A DNA stretch of 64,000 nt, taken from positions 58,156 through 122,155 of the forward strand of contig JADKCY010000001.1 in NCBI GenBank assembly GCA_016718605.1. The letters run 5' to 3'. Positions 10,388-21,174 of this stretch are shown here, in pieces (the stretch's first letter is position 1; each line of letters begins with the position of its first letter). A model generated the notes under the pieces. That model searched no databases. It had not been told where the DNA came from and was given only the letters and a program-made list of their open reading frames with translations. The DNA is from Lysobacterales bacterium (lineage in GTDB: Bacteria; Pseudomonadota; Gammaproteobacteria; Xanthomonadales; Xanthomonadaceae). Position numbers and translations under genes: made by a program.

Positions 10388-13300
10388 TTACCTCGGCATT
10401 TCATCCTGTGCAGCTTCCACACGCTGCTGACGAGGTCCACGCTCTAGGACCGTGATCTCTGATGTCGTCCAACTGCCGCCGACCTGATAGAGCGTGCGGG
10501 CCATTTGGCGCATCGGCTTTTGAAAAACCGCTTGCGCGACTGCGCCGATGGCGGCACCCGCAGGGCCTGCACTCAAGGCACCAATCGCTGGCAAGACATT
10601 GTTGGTGCGTGGGAGCACCTCCATGGTTTGGTCATAGTCCTGCGCAGTCAACCCTGTCCTGCCCTTGATCAGGATTTGCGCGGAGGGACTTTCGATGACG
10701 AGATTGTCAGTCATGGCATTGCCTCCGCCAAGGCGAAAGCTGCCACGAATCGAATTGAAGGCAAAGCCGCTAGAAAAGAAATCACTGAAGTCCAAGGTCA
10801 ACCGACGGGGAATCTCGGTCAAACTGAGCAACCCAATAATTCGCCCCGCACCCGGTTCAACGTTGGGGACGCGGCCTTTCTTCACGTCAATCTGCAACTG
10901 CCCTTCCAGCGTTGCCATCTGAAACTGGGCCGGTCCACCCACCCAGTTGACGTTGGCAATGGCATCGGTCGCACCACCCTCGACCAACGGTGCGAAACCC
11001 AATCGCTGCATCATGCGACCCAGGTCCTGCCCGACAAAGTTAAACTGAAAACGACTCTCAGACCCTTGAATGCGCCGCGACCAATCGCCGCTCGCTGTGA
11101 TGGAAAGATCGTCGCTACGCGACGCGAAGTGTTCGAGTTGCAGGCCATCTGGAACGCGCAATGTTCGCAACTGGACAGACCCGAGCTGCGCGTCACCCAA
11201 TCGCGCATCATCAATATCAAAGTCCAAGGCGGGCAACCACGTTGGATCGATATCGTCGGCGGCCATTGCAGCGGCTTTGACATCCGACGAGGGCCAGTAC
11301 AGCCGATTGAAACGCCCCGTCAACGTGGCGTCCAACCCTTGCTGCGGCCAACGCAACTCACCCTGCAGCGCTTCACCTTCAAATCGGACGAGTCCGGAGC
11401 CATCCGCCTGTCGCTCGACTTGCACCCTGGATTCAGAAAAGTCCCGCCCACCAATCTGCAGAACACCTGCGGATAGGTCAATCCGTCGAACCTGAGCGCC
11501 TTGACCCAACCCGGACAGCGTTGCTGCCACCCACCCATTGCCATCAAGAACGGGAACACTCCCAACGACCTCCAAGCCAAGTTGGCTGGGGGATTCGCTC
11601 AATTCACCAACCCCGAACGCAGCAATCCCGCGAAAATCACTGGCTCGCTCGGCCAATCGTCCGCGCAAGTGCAAGAGTTCGCCGAGTTGCAGGTCAATGC
11701 GTCCATTGGCGGATGGCAAGAGCAACTCGACATCGGCTGGCAATCGCTCTTCGGCCGCCTTGCGCAGCGGTGCTGGCAACTGCAGCGCCGTGCCCGCAAG
11801 GTCTGATTGCAAGCGCACGCTTACCAAAGTCGACGCCTCAGCCCCCTTGGGCACGGTCACCCGCGCCGCCCATTCCGAAACGCCATCGACATGTGGACGC
11901 AGCCAATCCATTTCGGGTCGCAGGGCCAACAGCGAATCAATGCTGACCCGACCACGAAGCGATCCTTCCACCATGTGCGACGCCGCAGAAGTGAAGTTTC
12001 CCACCGACAGACTGAGGCTGGTCAGTTGGTCGGCGAACAGCACACTCAGCTCGTCAGCACTGAAGCCGGATTCCGAAAACCGCAAGCGTCCATTAGCGGA
12101 TCGGAATTGCAAACCCCAACGGCTGTCATCGAGATCGGCATCATGCAGGTCGGCGTGTCCGGAGAGCTGAAACGCCCCCAACTCGCGTTTGAGCGGCACT
12201 TGCATGGCAACCAGAACATCGGATTCGCCACCCACAGATAGACCTGAAATCGCGCTACCGAACTTGTCTTGCAACGGACTCTGACGGATGAGCGCGAGGA
12301 GCGATGGACCTGTTCCGCCCCCGACGATATTCAGAGCCAGAACGGGTTGACGCAAATCGGCGAATTCTCCACTCGCTTGCTGGACGTGGTTGCCCAACAC
12401 GGATCCACTGACTTCCGCCTGCATGCCCATGTTAAGAAACCGAACCCAGCCGGAGATGTTCTCGCCACTCGGCCAGCCCGGCAAATAATCGAGCGTCACG
12501 CCCGCCACCTCACCGTAGGCCTCGAAACGGCCCTGAGCGCCATCGAAGGGCCAGTCGTCCAGGTCGCCATGAATCACGGCCGATGCCGCGGTAAGTTCGC
12601 CTTGCTGCAGCGCCCGGTTCAACCACTCGACGGTTTTCGCGGGCATTTTGTTCAACACCCAGAAGTGCTTGGCTGCGCTCACCGGAATCCCCGCCGCGCC
12701 GACCGCACGAAGGTCCAGAAATGGCCGACTGCCGTCGTTCTGCCACCACAAACTCCCCTCGATATCGGCGCCAAAATCGGCACCCTGAACATGCAAGGGC
12801 GCGGCTTCCGCGACCCAACCGGCAGCCTCCGGATAGAGCGTCAGCTCGCCACGCAAGGCGGCTGCAATCGGCTCGGCGAGCGCGACGGGCGACGAAAAAA
12901 CAAACCCCGGAGCATCCAGCGCAATCCGAAGGTGAGATGCATCGCCATCGAACGTGGCGCTGAACCCGCGGATGCCGGGAATACCGCCTACCGGCTGCCA
13001 ACTGAGATCGTGGATTACACCAGCCGCCCGTTGAAACTGCTTATCCCGCATGGCGAGGTGAAGCGATTGCACGCCACCACTTGGCGCGGCATCTCGCAGC
13101 CAGCGCGGCAAAGGTGGCAGATCACTTCCCAGCATTGGCAACCAGTCAAACAGTGCCAGCAAATCGACCTGCTCGACGAACAATGCCGCGTGCGGTCCAA
13201 CGTTACCCCATTCAACACGGCGTATGTTCCGCTCCGTTTGCCCTTGGCGCAGTCGCATTGAGGGGACGACAGCACGCCAGCCTGATCCGGCCCGCCAGAC

Positions 13301-14266
13301 GCGCGCCATGAATTCCAACTCATCGGCCGACCAACTCTCTCCGTCATCTTTCACCGGCATACCGGGCGAAACCACCGCACTCGCCAGCTGTTTCCCAACC
13401 TTCGTTGGCCTTGCTGCTACTTCGGCGTTACCGCGCAAATGAACATCCCGCAGGCGGCCTTGCAACGTCAGATCAACCACAGCACCGTCATCGAGTTGCA
13501 GCCAGAGCGCCAAGTCGCCACGTCCGTTGCGCACCTGCACTGGCAGTGCGAGCGAATCCGTCAACCAATGGTCCAAGGCAATCGACGGACTGCCCACATA
13601 GACGTGTCCAGCACGCAAACCCGGATCGAGATCAGCGACAAGTTGCAGAGGCGAAGAATCTGCCGCATGGATTCGCATGCCAAGACGCACGCGACCGCTC
13701 ACGGTACGCAGTCGCGCATCAATGCGTGGCCATTCGATGTGTCGGCCACTGACCGTGTCGGTAATCGTCAACGCCGCATGATCAACGCGCAGCTCGCCCA
13801 GTTGCTCAAGTTGCGCCAACAGCGCTTGCAGGCCACCCGGTCGTGCCGGTCCCAGGCCCTGCAACTCCCATTGGCCATCCGCCTTGCGTTGCAAATCCAA
13901 CTCAAGACGTGCCAAGCGCAAGCTCAACAGCGGCTGACCCGGCCACCATCCCGCGTAGGCACGGATCAGCAATTCCGCTTCGGAAAGCTCCAGACCGGCG
14001 TGAGCACCATCGCCGCCAACCTTCAACCCCTTGAGTCGCAACAACGGTCCACTGCGACTCCAGCGTGCATCAACCCCCTGCACGGCAACCGGTTGACCGA
14101 TCTGTTGTTGCAACCAACCCGCGACTTGCTGCGGATGCTGGTTCAGCAACGGCATCAGCTGACTGATCAACGCCACCAACGTTGCCATCAGCACCAGCGA
14201 TACCGCGATCCCAACCGCCAGCCAGCGACGCAGTTTGCGCAGCCAACGACGAGGCCGAGAGATCAC
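10388..14266 (-). CDS. yhdP: YhdP (AsmA-like envelope lipid-bridge protein)
   Basis: 1292 aa; N-terminal TM; C-terminal PRRLTLDFSDFFSSGFAFNSIRG; directly downstream of rng. Confidence 0.88.
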   Translation of the reverse strand: MISRPRRWLRKLRRWLAVGIAVSLVLMATLVALISQLMPLLNQHPQQVAGWLQQQIGQPVAVQGVDARWSRSGPLLRLKGLKVGGDGAHAGLELSEAELLIRAYAGWWPGQPLLSLRLARLELDLQRKADGQWELQGLGPARPGGLQALLAQLEQLGELRVDHAALTITDTVSGRHIEWPRIDARLRTVSGRVRLGMRIHAADSSPLQLVADLDPGLRAGHVYVGSPSIALDHWLTDSLALPVQVRNGRGDLALWLQLDDGAVVDLTLQGRLRDVHLRGNAEVAARPTKVGKQLASAVVSPGMPVKDDGESWSADELEFMARVWRAGSGWRAVVPSMRLRQGQTERNIRRVEWGNVGPHAALFVEQVDLLALFDWLPMLGSDLPPLPRWLRDAAPSGGVQSLHLAMRDKQFQRAAGVIHDLSWQPVGGIPGIRGFSATFDGDASHLRIALDAPGFVFSSPVALAEPIAAALRGELTLYPEAAGWVAEAAPLHVQGADFGADIEGSLWWQNDGSRPFLDLRAVGAAGIPVSAAKHFWVLNKMPAKTVEWLNRALQQGELTAASAVIHGDLDDWPFDGAQGRFEAYGEVAGVTLDYLPGWPSGENISGWVRFLNMGMQAEVSGSVLGNHVQQASGEFADLRQPVLALNIVGGGTGPSLLALIRQSPLQDKFGSAISGLSVGGESDVLVAMQVPLKRELGAFQLSGHADLHDADLDDSRWGLQFRSANGRLRFSESGFSADELSVLFADQLTSLSLSVGNFTSAASHMVEGSLRGRVSIDSLLALRPEMDWLRPHVDGVSEWAARVTVPKGAEASTLVSVRLQSDLAGTALQLPAPLRKAAEERLPADVELLLPSANGRIDLQLGELLHLRGRLAERASDFRGIAAFGVGELSESPSQLGLEVVGSVPVLDGNGWVAATLSGLGQGAQVRRIDLSAGVLQIGGRDFSESRVQVERQADGSGLVRFEGEALQGELRWPQQGLDATLTGRFNRLYWPSSDVKAAAMAADDIDPTWLPALDFDIDDARLGDAQLGSVQLRTLRVPDGLQLEHFASRSDDLSITASGDWSRRIQGSESRFQFNFVGQDLGRMMQRLGFAPLVEGGATDAIANVNWVGGPAQFQMATLEGQLQIDVKKGRVPNVEPGAGRIIGLLSLTEIPRRLTLDFSDFFSSGFAFNSIRGSFRLGGGNAMTDNLVIESPSAQILIKGRTGLTAQDYDQTMEVLPRTNNVLPAIGALSAGPAGAAIGAVAQAVFQKPMRQMARTLYQVGGSWTTSEITVLERGPRQQRVEAAQDEMPR

Positions 14267-15741
14267 AGCAGAACCACGTCATATTGCTCAATGGTGTAGT
14301 GCTCATCCGGCTGAAAGCGGATCGTCTTGCCGATGAACTCTTCAAGTTCGGCGACCCCTGCGGATTCTTCTTCCAGAATTCGACTGACCACTCTGGGCGA
14401 CGCCAATACCAGCAACTTTTCCGCATCGAATTGACGCACCGCACGGGTGATCTCGCGGAAGATCTCGTAGGTCAACGTTTCCGCCGTCTTGATGGTTCCG
14501 CGGCCGGAACACGCTGGGCAAGGTTCGCACAGCTGTCGCTCAAGACTCTCGGTGGTGCGTTTGCGGGTCATCTCAACCAAGCCCAGAGGCGAGAAGTCGT
14601 AGACCGTGGTTTTGGCATGGTCTGGCAGCAGCGCTTTCTCCAGTTGCCGCATGACCTGGCGTCGATGCTCGACATCGCCCATGTCGATGAAGTCGATGAT
14701 GATAATGCCACCCAGATTGCGCAATCGCAGTTGCCGCGCGACCGATTGAGCCGCTTCCAGATTGGTGCGATAGACCGTCTCTTCCAGATTGCGGGTCCCA
14801 AGGAACGCACCGGTATTCACATCGACGGTGGTCATTGCTTCGGTTTGATCGATCACCAGGTAGCCACCCGACTTCAACGGGACTTCCTTCTGCATCGCTT
14901 TTTGTATCTCGTCCTCGACGCCGTACAAATCAAAGATCGGACGCTCACCGGGGTAATGTTCGATACGTTCAGCCAACAAGGGCATGAACTGCGATGCGAA
15001 ACGCTGGGTTCTCTCAAACGTCTCACGCGAATCGACCCGTACCTTCTCGACGTCGTCATGCAGCAAGTCACGCAGTGCCCGCAACGGCAGCGCCAAGTCC
15101 TCGTAGATGCAACTACCCACCCGCTGCTCCAGGACGCTGGCCTGGATCGCACTCCACAGTCGACCCAGATAATCCAGATCTTCCTGCAAGGCCTCGGCAG
15201 AATGTCCATCGGCATTGGTTCGCACGATGTAGCCCATGCCGCTTGAATCACTTTGTGGTTGCAGTGCCGCTTTCAGGCGCGCGCGCTCGGCCTCGTCCTC
15301 GATACGTGCAGACACGCCGAGCACCTTGCTATAGGGCAACAACACCACATAGCGCGAGGGGATCGACAACTGCGTAGTCAAGCGCGCGCCTTTGCTGCCG
15401 ATCGGATCCTTGACGACCTGAACGACAACTTCCTGCCCTTCGCGCAGCAGTTCACTGATCGGTGGCGTTGGCGTGGCGGGAGGCGCATCGCCTTCAGGGA
15501 ACATCGAGGCGGCCGGTCGAACGATATCCGATGCATGTAAAAACGCCGCGCGTTGCAAGCCAATCTCGACAAACGCCGCCTGCATCCCGGGCATGACCCG
15601 AATCACTTTGCCCTTGTAGATGTTGCCCACATAGCCACGACGCGATGCGCGCTCAATGTGGACTTCTTGCAACATGCCGTTTTCGACGACGGCGACGCGA
15701 GTCTCACGCGGCGTGACATTGATGAGGATTTCTTCAGACAC
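14263..15741 (-). CDS. rng: Ribonuclease G
   Basis: MSEEILINVTPRETRVA, GNIYKGKV, DVNTG, LRLRNLGGIIIIDFIDM, C-terminal EQYDVVLL. Confidence 0.96.
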   Translation of the reverse strand: MSEEILINVTPRETRVAVVENGMLQEVHIERASRRGYVGNIYKGKVIRVMPGMQAAFVEIGLQRAAFLHASDIVRPAASMFPEGDAPPATPTPPISELLREGQEVVVQVVKDPIGSKGARLTTQLSIPSRYVVLLPYSKVLGVSARIEDEAERARLKAALQPQSDSSGMGYIVRTNADGHSAEALQEDLDYLGRLWSAIQASVLEQRVGSCIYEDLALPLRALRDLLHDDVEKVRVDSRETFERTQRFASQFMPLLAERIEHYPGERPIFDLYGVEDEIQKAMQKEVPLKSGGYLVIDQTEAMTTVDVNTGAFLGTRNLEETVYRTNLEAAQSVARQLRLRNLGGIIIIDFIDMGDVEHRRQVMRQLEKALLPDHAKTTVYDFSPLGLVEMTRKRTTESLERQLCEPCPACSGRGTIKTAETLTYEIFREITRAVRQFDAEKLLVLASPRVVSRILEEESAGVAELEEFIGKTIRFQPDEHYTIEQYDVVLL

Positions 15742-15890
15742 GCGGTATCACCTGAAAAGCACTGCTGACCTTATAGCCGAGCCAAGCGGCAGCGAACAGA
15801 CTGGACAATTAAGCCAAGAAGGGCTTACTCAGGCAATGGTTCAGTTCCGACCCAGGTCGACCGCGTATCACTTGGGTCACCACTGCGGCT

Positions 15891-17333
15891 TCAGGGCAGC
15901 TCCGAGACCAATTGGAGTATTCGACCGGTAACGGATTGCACGACATACTCGTCAATCCCTCCTCCCACCGAATTCGACATCGCCACCACCACGTAAGGTC
16001 GGTTACCGGCATCTTCGAGCATCCATGCGTGCGTTAGGACATGCAAGCCGTTGGCGCCCGACGCCAGCGAACCGCCTTTGTACCAGACACGATCGAAATC
16101 GCCGCGTACGCCGGGCTGCGCAGCCTGCGCGCCAAGCGCGGCATCCACAACCGCAAGGGCCTCGGACCCCTGGGGAAGGGAACGAAGCCACGAAAACGCA
16201 CGGCAAATGTCGATCGGCGACGCTTTCCAACTGGCCTCTGTCAGCAAGTCTGCGTGAAAGAAGGGACCCGTGCCCAGCGGCCCCAGTGGAACGATGCTGG
16301 TCTGCAGGAAGTTCGCACGGTACGCGTAGTTGCCGTTGTTGTAAGCCACCGAATCGACGTAGGGGAACGAGTAGAAGAGGTGAAACTGCTCACTGATATT
16401 CAAGAACGGCTGCAGCCCGCTGGGCGAGGCGTGTCCGCTTGATACCACCATAGTCTCCAAGGCGCTTCGGCCAACCAGCTCATGCAGATGATCCGTCGCT
16501 GTGTTGTCACTGTTTCCCATCATCAAGATGGCAAGATCACGAATCGGGAAGTTGGTCCCCAGAGGTTCACCGTTGATCAGTCCGCCTGGCGCGATTTCCG
16601 ACGCCAGCAAGGCTTGGTTTGTTCGCGAGTCGATATCCCCCAACGCCACAGCCTCACCCAATCCAGCGAGCACCCAGGTTTTGAAAATGGAGGCTGTTGC
16701 GCGTGGCGTTGTCGCGTTCCGCGCCTCGACTACGCTGCACTGACCGTTCGCCTCAATTCTCCCCACCAACAATGCTGCAGCGGTCGACAACGTCGCGAAC
16801 TTATCTGCTGCTTGTACCAGAGAAAGACCTTGGTCAATGGGATATTGCACACTGCCACCAAAGCCACTGACACCGAACAAGATGATCTTGCCGGCCGCGC
16901 CATACCGGGTCCCAAACGTCAGAAAACCAGAAGGTGGTGGACTGCCCGGGGAGTCGATCACTGCTGAGACACGAATCGGTGACCAACCGATCAGGTCAGT
17001 CACCACCGCGTTCGGATAGCTGGCACGCACCGAGGCAATGAAGTCGATCGTTGCCTGCACACTGATCTGCGATAGCCAACCGGAATCAAAATTGGCATTG
17101 ACCTCGGTCGCCGTGGTGGTCTCCGTGCTGCGAAGCTCATTCAGCAGCCAGGTCAATCGTGTCGCCGTCGAAGACACCGGAAGCTGGTAGGTCCCACCGA
17201 CCAACGGAAACTGCGCTGCAATCTTTGGCGCTTCGAAATTGTCGACAAACAGCGCGCGATCCAACGCACGTGCTGGGACGCAAAGCACGGCATACATCAA
17301 GCAAGCGAAAAACACGGACTGCATTAGACGCAT
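15891..17333 (-). CDS. Secreted serine hydrolase, class A beta-lactamase/PBP-like fold with N-terminal extension
   Basis: ATG at 17333 with GAGG RBS and signal peptide; SxxK (ASIFK), SDN and KGG motifs. Confidence 0.8.
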   Translation of the reverse strand: MRLMQSVFFACLMYAVLCVPARALDRALFVDNFEAPKIAAQFPLVGGTYQLPVSSTATRLTWLLNELRSTETTTATEVNANFDSGWLSQISVQATIDFIASVRASYPNAVVTDLIGWSPIRVSAVIDSPGSPPPSGFLTFGTRYGAAGKIILFGVSGFGGSVQYPIDQGLSLVQAADKFATLSTAAALLVGRIEANGQCSVVEARNATTPRATASIFKTWVLAGLGEAVALGDIDSRTNQALLASEIAPGGLINGEPLGTNFPIRDLAILMMGNSDNTATDHLHELVGRSALETMVVSSGHASPSGLQPFLNISEQFHLFYSFPYVDSVAYNNGNYAYRANFLQTSIVPLGPLGTGPFFHADLLTEASWKASPIDICRAFSWLRSLPQGSEALAVVDAALGAQAAQPGVRGDFDRVWYKGGSLASGANGLHVLTHAWMLEDAGNRPYVVVAMSNSVGGGIDEYVVQSVTGRILQLVSELP

Positions 17334-17546
17334 GACGCACCTCGCTGAGCCAACGATGAGCACAAGAAGCCAGATTCCACGCAATATAGTGACAAACTTC
17401 ACATTTGACGCATGTGAAGCATTGGAAATCTAACCGGTCGTTACCGGCATCACCGGAACCCAAAGGGCAATGGCAACGCCCCCCTCAAACGACCGCTGGT
17501 CACCTCGCCGATTCGCGGTCAGGTGACTGGACCAGCACCGTCGACG

Positions 17547-20180
17547 TCAATCAATCCGTGCGGTGATCCACGCCGGCAGCGACTGCAACGCCACCTGCAA
17601 TGCCGGGCTGTCTTCGCCGCCGCCCTGCGCCATGTCCGGTCGACCGCCACCTTTGCCATTGATCTGCGCCGCAACGAAACCAACCACGTCACCGGCCTTG
17701 ATCTTGCCCAACGCCGCACCGTTGACACCGGCAATCAGCGAGGCTTTGCCCTCGCTAGCACTGGCCAGCAGGATCACCGCGTCCGGCAGTTTCTGCTTGA
17801 GGTTATCGACGGCGTCGCGCAGACCCTTCACATCCAGACCTTCCAGACGCGCGGCGACCAGCTTGAAGCCACCGACATCCGTCGCACTGGCCGCGAGGTC
17901 GGCCGCCGCACCTGCAGCAGACTTGGCCTTGAACTGCTCAACGGTTTTTTCCAGTTGACGCTGCCGATCCAGCAACTGACGCAGCTTGGCGGCCATGTCC
18001 GTCGGGCTCGCACCGAGCAGATCGGCGACTTCATGAAGGCGCGATTCTTCGTCGCGGATATGCGCCAAGGCACCCGCGCCCGACACCGCTTCGATGCGCC
18101 TAACGCCGGAGGCCACGCCGCCTTCGGCAACAATCTTGAACACGCCGATATCGCCGGTTCGGCTGGCATGCGTGCCGCCACACAGTTCAGTAGAGAACGC
18201 GCCCATCTTCAACACGCGCACCTCTTCGCCGTACTTCTCGCCAAACAGCGCCATCGCGCCAAAGTCCAGGGCTTCCTGCATGGCCATGTGATGCACTTCC
18301 ACCGCGACATTGCGACGAATCTCGGCATTGACCAAGACTTCAACCTGAGCCAGTTCGGTCGCAGTCATTGGCTGGAAATGCGAGAAGTCGAAACGCAGGC
18401 GCTCGGGCGCGACCTGCGAGCCCTTCTGCGCCACATGATCACCCAGCACTTCGCGCAACGCGGCATGCAGTAGATGTGTCGCACTGTGATTGAGCACGAT
18501 GGCCTGGCGACGCGCAGAATCCACCTCGCCACTCAGCGCATCGCCCACCTTGAGATCACCCTGCGCCAGCGTACCGACATGGCCGAAATACACCCCGGCC
18601 AACTTCTGTGTGTCGGCCACATCGAATTGCAGCGCCACGCTCAGCAACCGACCGTGATCACCCACCTGACCACCGCTTTCCGCGTAGAAGGGCGTGCGAT
18701 CCAGAATCAGCGTGGCCACCTCACCCGCGCGCAATTCGCTGACCGCCTGACCTTCGCGCACGATGGCCAGCACACGCAAATCCCCGCTCTGCAGGTGCTC
18801 GTAGCCAAGAAACACCGTCGGGTTGAGCGATGCCACCAGCTCTGCCGACAAGCTGCTGCTGCCCGCAAACTTGCTGGCCGCCCTCGCCTGTTCACGCTGC
18901 TGCGTCATCGACGCATCGAAGCCCGCCATATCGACACTCAAACCGCGCTCACGCGCCATGTCAGCGGTGAGATCGACCGGAAAACCGTAGGTGTCGTAGA
19001 GACGGAAGGCGTCTGCGCCGGGAATCACCGCGCTGGAACGTGCGGCAATCTCATCAAAAATCCGCATACCTTGATCCAAGGTCTCCGCAAACCGCTCCTC
19101 TTCTGCCTTCAAGGCCGCTTCCACCATCGCCTGCTTCTGCCGCAGTTCGGGATAGGCCTCGCCCATCTGCGCGACCAAGCCGGCGACCATCCTATAGAAG
19201 AAGGACTCGCGCACGCCCAGCATCCAGCCGTGACGCAAGGCGCGGCGAATGATCCGGCGCAGCACATAGCCACGACCTTCGTTGCTGGGCAGCACGCCGT
19301 CCACGATCAGGAAGCTGCAGGCGCGAATGTGATCCGCGATCACGCGCAGGGATTTGTTTTCCAGATCGGCCGTAGCCGTCAATCCCGCTGCCGCCTTGAT
19401 CAGCGCCTGGAACAGATCGATCTCGTAGTTCGAATGGACGTGCTGCAGCACCGCCGCCACGCGCTCCAGGCCCATGCCGGTATCCACGCAGGGCGCGGGC
19501 AGCGGCTGCAGGCTGCCGTCGGGCTGACGGTCAAACTGCATGAACACGTTGTTCCAGATTTCGATGAAGCGGTCGCCGTCTTCGTCCGGACTGCCGGGCG
19601 GGCCACCGGCGATATGCGCGCCGTGGTCGTAGAAGATCTCGGTGCAAGGGCCGCAGGGACCGGTATCGGCCATCTGCCAGAAGTTGTCGGACGCATAGGG
19701 CGCGCCCTTGTTGTCGCCGATGCGGATGATGCGATCCGCCGGAATACCGACCTCCTTATGCCATATCTCAAAGGCTTCGTCGTCGGTGTGGTAGATCGTC
19801 ACCAACAGACGTTCCTTCGGCAGCTTCCAAACCTCGGTCAGCAGCTCCCAGGCCCAGCAGATCGCATCCTTTTTGAAGTAGTCGCCAAAGCTGAAGTTGC
19901 CCAGCATTTCAAAAAAGGTGTGATGCCGCGCGGTGTAGCCCACCTGGTCCAGGTCGTTGTGCTTGCCACCGGCACGCACGCAGCGTTGGCTCGACACCGC
20001 CCGCGTGTAGCTGCGCTTGTCGCCACCCAGAAACACGTCTTTGAACTGCACCATGCCCGCATTGGTGAACAGCAGGGTCGGATCGTTGCCCGGCACCAAG
20101 GGGCTGGAGGCCACAATCTGGTGTCCCTTGGACTGGAAAAACTGGAGAAAGTCCTGGCGGATGTCGTTACTGGATTTCAT
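17547..20180 (-). CDS. alaS: Alanine--tRNA ligase
   Basis: [66 protein letters not shown]. Confidence 0.98.
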   Translation of the reverse strand: MKSSNDIRQDFLQFFQSKGHQIVASSPLVPGNDPTLLFTNAGMVQFKDVFLGGDKRSYTRAVSSQRCVRAGGKHNDLDQVGYTARHHTFFEMLGNFSFGDYFKKDAICWAWELLTEVWKLPKERLLVTIYHTDDEAFEIWHKEVGIPADRIIRIGDNKGAPYASDNFWQMADTGPCGPCTEIFYDHGAHIAGGPPGSPDEDGDRFIEIWNNVFMQFDRQPDGSLQPLPAPCVDTGMGLERVAAVLQHVHSNYEIDLFQALIKAAAGLTATADLENKSLRVIADHIRACSFLIVDGVLPSNEGRGYVLRRIIRRALRHGWMLGVRESFFYRMVAGLVAQMGEAYPELRQKQAMVEAALKAEEERFAETLDQGMRIFDEIAARSSAVIPGADAFRLYDTYGFPVDLTADMARERGLSVDMAGFDASMTQQREQARAASKFAGSSSLSAELVASLNPTVFLGYEHLQSGDLRVLAIVREGQAVSELRAGEVATLILDRTPFYAESGGQVGDHGRLLSVALQFDVADTQKLAGVYFGHVGTLAQGDLKVGDALSGEVDSARRQAIVLNHSATHLLHAALREVLGDHVAQKGSQVAPERLRFDFSHFQPMTATELAQVEVLVNAEIRRNVAVEVHHMAMQEALDFGAMALFGEKYGEEVRVLKMGAFSTELCGGTHASRTGDIGVFKIVAEGGVASGVRRIEAVSGAGALAHIRDEESRLHEVADLLGASPTDMAAKLRQLLDRQRQLEKTVEQFKAKSAAGAAADLAASATDVGGFKLVAARLEGLDVKGLRDAVDNLKQKLPDAVILLASASEGKASLIAGVNGAALGKIKAGDVVGFVAAQINGKGGGRPDMAQGGGEDSPALQVALQSLPAWITARID

Positions 20181-20322
20181 GCGTGCGGGACGTCGAAGGC
20201 GGCGAGACGCGCATGATGCCGGATGGATCGGGCAGCGGAAAGCACTGCAACATGGCGAATTCGCTGTACTGACGCACAATGCGGCGACATTCGCCACTGC
20301 AACCCCACGCAAGGAGCCGCTC

Positions 20323-21174
20323 ATGGCACGCAGCAAAGCCTGGACCGCCTTTCCCCACGACAGCAAAGGCTTCGACTACCCCGACGCCAAATTGGAAAAA
20401 GCCTGGGCCAAGTTGCACGCCGGTGATCAGGAGCCCTTCCCCGATGGCGACACCGTGGCTGGCTGGCTGAAGTCCAACAAGACGCTGGGCAAACTCGACG
20501 CTGCAGAAACCGCCGATCGCCTGCAATCGGCTTGGCGTGCGTTTCACGCGGGCGACTTCCAGATCGCTTTCGACATTGGCGAAGCCGTCGGCCCGCTGGG
20601 TGCCTCGGTCGCTTGCAAGGCAGGCGGCATTCATGCCACCTACCTGATCGACGATGACAAACAACAACTGCAGCGCTACGAACACCTGGTTGGGCTGGCG
20701 GATGCAGCGGTCGATGCGCTGCCCAAACTGGCCAACAGCCACTACCGCCGCGCCTTCGCGCTGGGTCGCTACAGCCAGAGCATCTCGATTGCCAAAGCAC
20801 TGACCCAAGGCCTGGCGGGCAAGGTCAAGGAAAGCCTCGACGCCACCCTCAAACTGGCCCCAAAACACGCCGAAGCGCATACCGCCATGGGCCTCTACCA
20901 CGCTGAAATTATCAGCAAGGTTGGCAGCATGCTCGGCGGCCTGACCTACGGCGCCAAAGCTGCCACCGGCGAAAAACACCTGCAAACCGCCCTCGAACTC
21001 ACCCCCGACTCCCCCATCGCTTGGATCGAATACGGCAACGGCCTGATGCTGCTCTACGGCGACAAACGCGAAGACGACGCCGCCGAAGCCTACGCCAAAG
21101 CCGCCAAACTCAAACCCAAAGACGCGATGGAAAAACTCGACGCCGAGTTCGCCAAGTCGCAGATTGAGGACTGA
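20323..21174 (+). CDS. Conserved alpha-helical/TPR-like hypothetical protein
   Basis: ATG with AAGGAG RBS; TPR-like repeats ([26 protein letters not shown]); strongly C/G-ending codons. Confidence 0.8.
   Translation: MARSKAWTAFPHDSKGFDYPDAKLEKAWAKLHAGDQEPFPDGDTVAGWLKSNKTLGKLDAAETADRLQSAWRAFHAGDFQIAFDIGEAVGPLGASVACKAGGIHATYLIDDDKQQLQRYEHLVGLADAAVDALPKLANSHYRRAFALGRYSQSISIAKALTQGLAGKVKESLDATLKLAPKHAEAHTAMGLYHAEIISKVGSMLGGLTYGAKAATGEKHLQTALELTPDSPIAWIEYGNGLMLLYGDKREDDAAEAYAKAAKLKPKDAMEKLDAEFAKSQIED

Noticed and set aside
4125-10388. tRNA-anchored genomic island
   Set aside because: No integrase and no duplicated tRNA 3' end found in the nearby intergenic regions I inspected
18474-20216. Long antisense ORFs (580 aa here; also 55979-57640, 40939-42189, 20167-21273, 49579-50637, 14182-15246)
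   Set aside because: They lie opposite well-supported genes in GC-rich DNA and show no recognisable motifs; these are shadow frames
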